Assembly: GCF_000011125.1 (NCBI RefSeq)
Contig: NC_000854.2
Location: forward strand, 1,560,001-1,592,000
DNA length: 32,000 nucleotides
Direction of reading: 5' to 3'
From: Aeropyrum pernix K1
GTDB lineage: Archaea; Thermoproteota; Thermoprotei_A; Sulfolobales; Acidilobaceae
Program-made: the position numbers and the translations under genes
Shown: in pieces, positions 25,302 to 32,000 of the stretch
How the letters are laid out: each line of letters begins with the position of its first letter
Position numbering within the stretch: the first letter of the stretch is position 1
The notes under the pieces: generated by a model
The model's database searches: none
Told to the model about the DNA's origin: nothing
The model's input: only the letters and a program-made list of their open reading frames with translations

Positions 25302-25706
25302 TTGCCTCCGGATCTCGAGGGTTTAGAAGGCTTTACCTGCTCAAAGGAGTGGATAGCTGAAGAGGGCCACGCAGCACTGCACTTGAAGCACATGGGGCTC
25401 CAAGTATTAGCTACACCCTACATGCTTCTCTATGGCGAGGTTACTGCTCGGGAGTGTCTTGACCAACATCTACCCGCGGGTATGGCTAGTGTTGGAGTTG
25501 AAGCTCTTGTCAGGCATTTAGCACCCATACCTGTGGGCAGTAGGGTTATGATTGAGGCCAGAATAATTAGTGTTGATGGAAAGGGCGTCTCGATAGTGAT
25601 AAGAGTTAAGAGGCACGACGGGACGCTAGCCGGAGAGATCTACCATGTTAGGAGAATTGTCCGTCTTGAAGAGCTTAAGAAGCGAATCAAACAGCCTCAT
25701 AGCTAG
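25302..25706 (+). CDS. Hot-dog-fold thioesterase, FlK-like
   Basis: LATPYMLLYGEVTARECLDQHLPAGMASVGVEALVRHLAPIPVGSRVMIEARIISVDGKGVSIVIRVKRHDGTLAGEIYHVRRIV. Confidence 0.78.
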   Translation: MPPDLEGLEGFTCSKEWIAEEGHAALHLKHMGLQVLATPYMLLYGEVTARECLDQHLPAGMASVGVEALVRHLAPIPVGSRVMIEARIISVDGKGVSIVIRVKRHDGTLAGEIYHVRRIVRLEELKKRIKQPHS

Positions 25707-25808
25707 CAAACGCCTCGGAGGCTGAAACTTTTCCTTTTCTTCCCTAAACTTCAACTGTTTAATTAAAACTGTTTCCAGATCACCCCACTTATTTCGGGTG
25801 TCGAGGCT

Positions 25809-28800
25809 TTGCCCCGTATCCTCTACAAGGCAGTGGCGCGCTATCACATACTGATATTTATAGCGTGGTTCATAGTGACCGCCCTCCTACTGCCTTATGC
25901 ACTGGCGCTGGACGAAGTCCTCGTTACAGAGACCGAGTCTTTCCTACCAGAGACTGCTGAGAGCAGGATGGCGGAGGAGAAGGTCAAAGAGATACTGGCT
26001 GCAGAAGGATATGGGGGGGCGGACAGCCTTCTAGGACTCCTAGGGTCCGCCAACGCTTTAATCATGGTCACAGGGTTGAGAGAGCCTCTAGACCCCTCGA
26101 GCTATCAGCTGTTGAAAGAGCAAGGTTATGACGAGCTGAGAGCCGAGTATAACCTCTTCTCATGGATAGACATCGTAGACAAAGCCATGGAAAACCTGGA
26201 GCCAGCTCTAGAAGAGGCCGTACGAGGCGGTGTACAGGCCTTTGAGGGAGGATACAGCATATGGAACTCATACCTAGAGGTCTCGCAGCGGCTTTCAAAC
26301 CTCTCCCAATCTGTCGACGGCCTGAGCCTCCTCCTGACCGAGTCTGACAAGGCCTACTCAACTCTAGCCTCGTCATGGGGAGAGCTGGCCGCTCTACGGG
26401 GTGTGTTGGAGTCGGCCTCGACCCCCCTCATCGATGTTTGCACCGCCATCGCCCCCGTTTACTCCACGGTTTACCTAGACGTTGTCAGAACAGAGGGGGC
26501 TCTAGAATTCTACACAAACGCCTACGCCACAGGGCTCCAGGACGTGGATATCACGGTTGTAACTCTACTCACCTATGTCCCCGAGGCAGGCCTAGAACCG
26601 GTTGACAGGGGCTTCGTGGTATACGTATACACAGAGACCCTCAGCCTCGGGGGGCCCGGCGCCTTTAATAACGCGGCGGCGGCTGAGATTACGTACACGA
26701 TCGTCCAGGCTAGGATAGGAGATTCTAGCCTGCTACAGGCCTATCACCAGGCGTGGCTACATGCAGTCTCAGAAACACCTGAGCTGAAGCTGTTCATGGC
26801 GGAAGACGCAAAAGTGGGGCAGATTAGGCTGAAGGCGGCTGTCGAGGATATCGCCGACCAGGTAACCGAAGCCACGGTCATGGCTCTCGCGGAGGAGGCC
26901 TCCTCTATAATGCCGGATGACATCAAACCTATATACACTATTTACGTCGAAAGCCTCATAGAGGAAGGGTGTACCGAGGAGGCTAAAGAGAGAGCCCTCC
27001 AGACAGCCATAACCCAGCTACTCAAGTCGAGAGGCCTACCCGAGGAGCACGCTAGTACCCTGGCCAGCGCATTTGCGAGGGGCGACTACAACTCCTACCT
27101 CCAGACGGCAGCACTCGCCTCAGCTACATTAGCCCTAGCGGAGGCTAACATGACAGAACTACAGCCTGAGGACCTGGCCTCGGTGCTGGTGGCCTTCGAC
27201 CCCGAAGCCTCCGGGGCCATAGCCTCTGGAGAAACTCTCGAAGATGCTCTTTCGGTCTTGCTGTCGCGGATAGCTGGCCTGACGCCGGACACGGCTAGAC
27301 TGATTATCGAGGAGAGGATAGAGGAGGCAGCAGCGGAAATAGTATTATCCAACACTCCCCCCCAGGCCGCCGACCTTGCGCAGGCTCTCCTCGCACCCGC
27401 CCCTCCCGCTACTGAGGAGGAGGCTCTACAGAGGATACGCTCCTACCTGGAACAGCAACTGGCTTCCCAGGGAATGCCCGAGGACCTGGCTGTGAAGGCT
27501 GCAGAGGCTGCTGAGGAGGCTTGGAGAGAGGGCATTGTAGACGCTGTTATACAGAGGCTTGTGGGTGAGGTGGCTCACGACGCTGCTAAGGGCGTTCTAG
27601 ACGAGCTAAGGGGGGTTCTCGTCGAGGACGACATGGGCGGCTTCCTGATAGCATATCTGGGTGGGGGAGGTTATGAGGGTGCCAAGGCCGCGGCTGAGGA
27701 TGTTAGGAGGCTTGTTAATGAAGCGTTAGATGGCGATGCAAGGGTTATGCTGGCGGGGGAGGAGGCTCTGAGGAAGGAGCTCCAGGAGGCTGTCGTCGAG
27801 GACCTCAGGAGGAGTGACGCGGCTAGCTCAATCATAGTGGTAGCCATACTGGCCGCTGTCATAGGGACTATACTGGGGGTTATAATACCGTTCATAGGCA
27901 TAGGGGCAGGCTTGACAGCAGCCCTCGCCATACTCTATTTCCTGGCATCGAACGACCTGGTCGATGTAACAAGCCAGTCCAGGGCGATAGTATTTACAAC
28001 AGGGCTAGGCCTCGGCATAGACTACTCAGCCTACGTTACCAAGAAGTTCCGCGACAACATAAGAGGCTCTCGGGGGGCGTGGGAGGCGGCGGGCAAGGCT
28101 GCCTCGAATAGCGTGAGGCCTGTGCTTGCCGGGGCATTCGCAGCCGCAGCAGGATTCTCATCCCTAATGCTCGCCTTCGAATTCCCCTTCGTCAAGTCGA
28201 TAGGAGCCACTGTACCAATAGCAATACTCTCCGTGGCTGTAGCCAGCCTCACCTTGACCCCGGCCATACTAGCCCTTGTAGGATGGGCTGGCATACTATG
28301 GTTCCCCACCTGCCCATACAAAGCCTACCAGCCAGGCTCCAGGGTCTTCAAGAGCCTGGTTTCAGCGGCTGGCAAGGCAGCCCCAGTACTACTCCCACTT
28401 CTAGTGGTCGCTGGCCTGGCGGGCGTATACTACGCCGCCACCAGTTTTGAAGGGAGCTTCGACATATTGATAAGCATCCCTAGGGAGACGGGTGTTTACG
28501 AGTCAATGCAGCACCTGGTAAGCGAGTACGATGCCTCGAGGCTGTTCCCCCAATACATAGTGGCGTCCAGCAGCACTTTAGCCCCAGATGTTGCAGACGC
28601 CGCTGACGACCTGGAATGTGTGAGGGAGGCTGAAACAGATGGGAGGCTCATTTACGTGGTCCTCGATACAAACCCCCTCAACACCGAGGCTGTGAAGTGT
28701 GTTGAGGAGCTTAGAGGCAAAGTTAGAGAGGTAGACCCAGGCAGCCTGGTTGGTGGCACTGCAGCTGTGAACCTCGACCTCAGGGACTACCTCTACAGGG

Positions 28801-29351
28801 CTTTCTACAACAGGGTTATACCAGCTGCTGCAGTGCTGGTAGCAGCCATTATAGCTGTCTTCTATGGCAGCATACCTGCCGCCCTTGCAGGCGTGGCTAG
28901 CATACTCTTCGCGGCCGCCTGGTCCCTATCCATCGTAAGCATCCTATCAGGCTGGACGGGCATCGAGGCCCCATGGTTCGCTCCAGTGCTGCTAGCCGCC
29001 GCCCTTCTGGGAGTGGGAATGGACTATATTAGCTTCTACGTAAACCACGCCCGTGAAGCCTACCTTCGAGGAGAGCATTCGAGATACTATGTTGAGGCGG
29101 CCTCCACAGGCACAGGGCTCGTCATAGGTTTAGCCATGATAATGGGCGGCGCATATGCCGGCCTAACACTCAGCAGGGTTGAGGCTCTCCAGGCTATAGG
29201 CGTGAGCCTCTCCCTCGGCGTGATACTGGCGGGGCTACTGGCGTCCCTGCTACTTATACCCCCCGTGATGGCACTACTGAAAGCTAGGTTCTGGTGGCCC
29301 CTGGCAAGAGGACGCAAGAGTGGTGGTGCGGGGAAGGTTGAAAGGGGTTGA
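25809..29351 (+). CDS. MMPL/RND-superfamily large membrane protein
   Basis: 1180 aa; TM1 followed by a very large alanine/glutamate-rich extracytoplasmic region, then TM clusters with GLGIDYSAYVTKKFRD and GVGMDYISFYVNHAREAYLRG (MMPL GxGxDY motifs). Confidence 0.9.
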   Translation: MPRILYKAVARYHILIFIAWFIVTALLLPYALALDEVLVTETESFLPETAESRMAEEKVKEILAAEGYGGADSLLGLLGSANALIMVTGLREPLDPSSYQLLKEQGYDELRAEYNLFSWIDIVDKAMENLEPALEEAVRGGVQAFEGGYSIWNSYLEVSQRLSNLSQSVDGLSLLLTESDKAYSTLASSWGELAALRGVLESASTPLIDVCTAIAPVYSTVYLDVVRTEGALEFYTNAYATGLQDVDITVVTLLTYVPEAGLEPVDRGFVVYVYTETLSLGGPGAFNNAAAAEITYTIVQARIGDSSLLQAYHQAWLHAVSETPELKLFMAEDAKVGQIRLKAAVEDIADQVTEATVMALAEEASSIMPDDIKPIYTIYVESLIEEGCTEEAKERALQTAITQLLKSRGLPEEHASTLASAFARGDYNSYLQTAALASATLALAEANMTELQPEDLASVLVAFDPEASGAIASGETLEDALSVLLSRIAGLTPDTARLIIEERIEEAAAEIVLSNTPPQAADLAQALLAPAPPATEEEALQRIRSYLEQQLASQGMPEDLAVKAAEAAEEAWREGIVDAVIQRLVGEVAHDAAKGVLDELRGVLVEDDMGGFLIAYLGGGGYEGAKAAAEDVRRLVNEALDGDARVMLAGEEALRKELQEAVVEDLRRSDAASSIIVVAILAAVIGTILGVIIPFIGIGAGLTAALAILYFLASNDLVDVTSQSRAIVFTTGLGLGIDYSAYVTKKFRDNIRGSRGAWEAAGKAASNSVRPVLAGAFAAAAGFSSLMLAFEFPFVKSIGATVPIAILSVAVASLTLTPAILALVGWAGILWFPTCPYKAYQPGSRVFKSLVSAAGKAAPVLLPLLVVAGLAGVYYAATSFEGSFDILISIPRETGVYESMQHLVSEYDASRLFPQYIVASSSTLAPDVADAADDLECVREAETDGRLIYVVLDTNPLNTEAVKCVEELRGKVREVDPGSLVGGTAAVNLDLRDYLYRAFYNRVIPAAAVLVAAIIAVFYGSIPAALAGVASILFAAAWSLSIVSILSGWTGIEAPWFAPVLLAAALLGVGMDYISFYVNHAREAYLRGEHSRYYVEAASTGTGLVIGLAMIMGGAYAGLTLSRVEALQAIGVSLSLGVILAGLLASLLLIPPVMALLKARFWWPLARGRKSGGAGKVERG

Positions 29352-30303
29352 AGCGGAGTTCATCGACTTCCATGTACACATGCCGTACTGGATAAGAGAC
29401 CCAGTGAAGTCCTGCCGCCGCCTCCTCCTAGAGGAGCTGACAGCGGGAGCCATCTCGGCAGTTGTGATCGGGGTAGACGCAAGCCTCGAGACAATAAAGA
29501 GCAGGGTTACACCGCGTGAGATAACGGAAGCTGCCATGGAGGACTTCGACTACCTGGCTTTCCAGCAGGTAGGGTATATTGGAAGGATGATAATGGAGCC
29601 GGAGAAGTTTCTCGACGATTTTCTAGGCGACTTCCACAAACACAGAAGAGGTCCTGAGGACCTCAGGGCCTGCAGAAGCGTCGAACCGAGGTTCTTCTAC
29701 ACTATTGTATCCTACAAGCCAGGCATGGAGGAGGAGGTGGCGCAAATTGTTAGAAGCGACTCTTCAATCCTGGGTGTAAAGATCTTCCCCACCTTCCACT
29801 TCACACGGCCAGACAGCCAGAGGCTGTACCCGGTGTATAAGGCTGTGGAGGAGGCTGGCGGGCTCGTGGTGGTCCACACGGGCTGCGACCCTGGCCCGTG
29901 GGAGCTAACCAGGTTCTGCAGGGAAGCCAGACCAAGCTACGTGGCCAGAGCCGCGAAAAGGTTCGAGAACCTAGTCTTCGTGATAGCCCATCTAGGGGCG
30001 TACAGCGCCCTAAAACCCGGGATTTATTTCGAGGAGACTCTTAAGGCGCTCTCTCTTGAAAACGTGTATGCAGACACAAGCGCTGCAGACCCCTTCTTTG
30101 CTGCAATGGCTGTTAAGGAGGGCTATGCAGATAAAATCCTCTTCGGAAGCGACTATCCATACGTCTCCGGATACAACGTGGCAATGGCTGTCAAGGATAT
30201 CCTATCACTGGACATAGACAATAACGATAAAGAAGCTGTACTAAGGTATAACGCGGAAAAACTACTAAACAGCCTACCACGCGGAAGGCAAAAACCTGGT
30301 TGA
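29320..30303 (+). CDS. Metal-dependent hydrolase, amidohydrolase_2-like (exact GTG/TTG start uncertain, overlaps the MMPL gene)
   Basis: FIDFHVHMPYWI (HxH), VHTGCDPGPWE, FVIAHLGAYS, ILFGSDYPY. Confidence 0.85.
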   Translation: MVVRGRLKGVEAEFIDFHVHMPYWIRDPVKSCRRLLLEELTAGAISAVVIGVDASLETIKSRVTPREITEAAMEDFDYLAFQQVGYIGRMIMEPEKFLDDFLGDFHKHRRGPEDLRACRSVEPRFFYTIVSYKPGMEEEVAQIVRSDSSILGVKIFPTFHFTRPDSQRLYPVYKAVEEAGGLVVVHTGCDPGPWELTRFCREARPSYVARAAKRFENLVFVIAHLGAYSALKPGIYFEETLKALSLENVYADTSAADPFFAAMAVKEGYADKILFGSDYPYVSGYNVAMAVKDILSLDIDNNDKEAVLRYNAEKLLNSLPRGRQKPG

Positions 30304-30403
30304 ACCGTAGAAGCTCCCCGCTATTATCCTGGGTATTAAAGTTATTTTCCCAGCTGCTTCCAACTTACATGAAGAGGTACAAGCTAGTCTTGGTGGATCG
30401 GTC

Positions 30404-31156
30404 TTGGAGACAACTTATGCTCTAGTGACAGGTGGGAGCAGGGGTATTGGTAGGGCTACGGTTCTCCGTTTCGCCCGTGAAGGATGGAGTGTCGTGATCG
30501 CCTACAAGTCGAGGGCTGATCTGGCTGAGAAGACTGCTGAGGAGGCTAGAAGGCTGGGGTCTCCAGAGGCTTACACTGTTAGAGTAGATGTTGGCGATCC
30601 TGATAGTGTCACTGAGATGTCTAGTAGGGTTGGAGAGCTCATTCCCCATCTCAACGTGCTTGTAAATGCCGCAGGCGTTCTACAGCTAGGCGGGATAGAA
30701 GAGACCTCTATAAGCGAGTGGGAGGAGACCCTGAGGGTTAATCTAACGGGAGTGTACCTTGTGACAAAACTGCTGCTACCCCTTCTAAGGAAGGCCAAAT
30801 GGGCTTCCATTGTTAACGTTGCAAGTATTGCAGGGGAGACAGGAAACGTTGTGGCTGGTGTAGCGTACTCCGCCAGCAAAGCAGGGGTCATCGGTCTTAC
30901 GAAGAGGCTGGCAGTCCAGCTTGCAGGCTACGGTATCAGGGTGAACGCTGTTGCACCCAGCTTCGTCGAGACCGACATGACCAGGAGTTTCCTCGACACT
31001 CCTGAGAAGAGGGAGAGGATAGCAAGTCTCCACCCGCTAAAAATAATACTCAAGCCTGAGGACGTTGCGGAGGCCATACTCTTCCTTGCAGACCCACGTA
31101 GGAGCAGGGGGATCACTGGCCATGTGCTGTCGATAAACGCAGGGAGACGCACCTAA
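30404..31156 (+). CDS. Short-chain dehydrogenase/reductase, FabG-like
   Basis: ALVTGGSRGIGRATVLRFAREG, NAAGVLQ, SIVNVASIAGETGNVVAGVAYSASKAGVIGLTKRLA (YxxxK). Confidence 0.94.
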   Translation: METTYALVTGGSRGIGRATVLRFAREGWSVVIAYKSRADLAEKTAEEARRLGSPEAYTVRVDVGDPDSVTEMSSRVGELIPHLNVLVNAAGVLQLGGIEETSISEWEETLRVNLTGVYLVTKLLLPLLRKAKWASIVNVASIAGETGNVVAGVAYSASKAGVIGLTKRLAVQLAGYGIRVNAVAPSFVETDMTRSFLDTPEKRERIASLHPLKIILKPEDVAEAILFLADPRRSRGITGHVLSINAGRRT

Positions 31157-31216
31157 TCAAGGCCTCGGAAAACGCCTGTGCAGAGTCCAAAACTGGGCTA
31201 AAGGGCTTAGACGAGC

Positions 31217-31678
31217 CTAGCCAGGCGCATCGGCTTGGGCTTCCACTCTACGGAGGCTATAGACGACCCTCCTACCGTCCCTCCTCTTTTCCACAATACC
31301 CCTTTCTACAAGGCGTTTGAGTACGCCGTAGACCCTGTTTTTAGACAGGCCTGTATCCCTGATTAGCTCAGATGGCGTTGCATCACCCTTCTCGAGATGC
31401 GATATAATTATGCCTTCATCCTCGAGCATCCCCTCCTCTACCGTTCCATTATGGCCTTCATACTCGGTTTCCCTACCACCCTCCTTCTCCACCCCTTGCA
31501 AGCTCTCCGTGGATCTGGCGTCTCTCCCCAAGGCTTGTGAGATTGAGGATATCCTCTCCTCCAGCCTGGCTAAAGCTGCTTCGAGAGCCTCGATTCTCCT
31601 CCTGTTTTCCTCGTTACTCCTCGCCAGTGTTTCGATGTCTCTCCGGTCGAATCCTAACAGAGCTTTGAGTAGTCCCAC
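31217..31678 (-). CDS. Coiled-coil plus winged-helix/HTH putative transcriptional regulator
   Basis: N-terminal heptad-rich SNEENRRRIEALEAALARLEERISSISQALG; C-terminal IISHLEKGDATPSELIRDTGLSKNRVYGVLKRLVERGIVEKRRDGRRVVYSLRR. Confidence 0.82.
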   Translation of the reverse strand: MGLLKALLGFDRRDIETLARSNEENRRRIEALEAALARLEERISSISQALGRDARSTESLQGVEKEGGRETEYEGHNGTVEEGMLEDEGIIISHLEKGDATPSELIRDTGLSKNRVYGVLKRLVERGIVEKRRDGRRVVYSLRRVEAQADAPG

Positions 31679-31843
31679 AGTCTAACACCCTAAGAACTCT
31701 TGGATTGTTCCCTACTATGCCGTATCTGGGATGGTGAGACACAAGTATTACAAGGTCCCCTGGTGCGCCCACCGTATATTCCATCAATTTTATTATGGAT
31801 AAATATCTGTGGGGGTGTATTGAGGTCTTGGTGGAACTCATTT

Positions 31844-32000
31844 GGCGTTCAAGATTGTTTCTATGAGCCCGTTGCCTCCGCAGTTTGTCGAGGCCCTCTT
31901 CGACCCGTATAAGAAGGAGGTCGGCGATCTCAGAGTTGTGAGCGTCGCGGGCCTCCCGAGGGAAAGGGTTCTCGAGGAGCTGAGAGATGCTGATGTGGTG
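31844..32000 (+). CDS. N-terminus of a D-2-hydroxyacid dehydrogenase-like protein, truncated by the window edge
   Basis: TTG 31844 with upstream ggtgg; encodes MAFKIVSMSPLPPQFVEALFDPYKKEVGDLRVVSVAGLPRERVLEELRDADVV, which resembles the start of a 2-hydroxyacid dehydrogenase. This ORF is not in the supplied track. Confidence 0.65.

Noticed and set aside
1-32000. CRISPR array, defence island or provirus
   Set aside because: No regularly spaced direct repeats and no cas, toxin-antitoxin, restriction or integrase signatures; the gene content is housekeeping-like.

Overview
Crenarchaeal chromosomal segment that resembles Aeropyrum (GC-rich, densely packed, many GTG/TTG starts, CDC48/VAT, S25e, aEF-1beta). 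Most of the window is ordinary housekeeping or conserved genes: partial enolase, FixX-like ferredoxin, TrpRS, VKOR-family membrane oxidoreductase, PhoH-like ATPase with KH-like regions, NOL1/NOP2/Sun RNA methyltransferase, MFS transporter, CoA-transferase, S25e, BioD-like ATPase, metallophosphoesterase, wHTH, CDC48/VAT, aEF-1beta, Zn-ribbon protein, DUF1464, SixA-like phosphatase, SpoIIM-like membrane protein, TrmI-like tRNA methyltransferase, CBS protein, FTR1 permease, radical SAM, HIT, thioredoxin-like, MarC, FlK-like thioesterase, MMPL/RND, amidohydrolase, SDR, coiled-coil/wHTH regulator, and a partial 2-hydroxyacid dehydrogenase. I see no CRISPR array, transposase, rRNA or tRNA. The most unusual object is a 320-bp noncoding segment at 3283..3602 between trpS and the VKOR gene. 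It has 47/48-nt near-perfect terminal inverted arms, several nested inner helices, and four alternating copies of a 12-nt motif that would allow mutually exclusive rod and dumbbell folds. It is followed by a G-rich 36-bp-period direct repeat. It could be a structured RNA, a mobile palindromic element or a chromosomal landmark. I cannot assign it to a known family from sequence alone.
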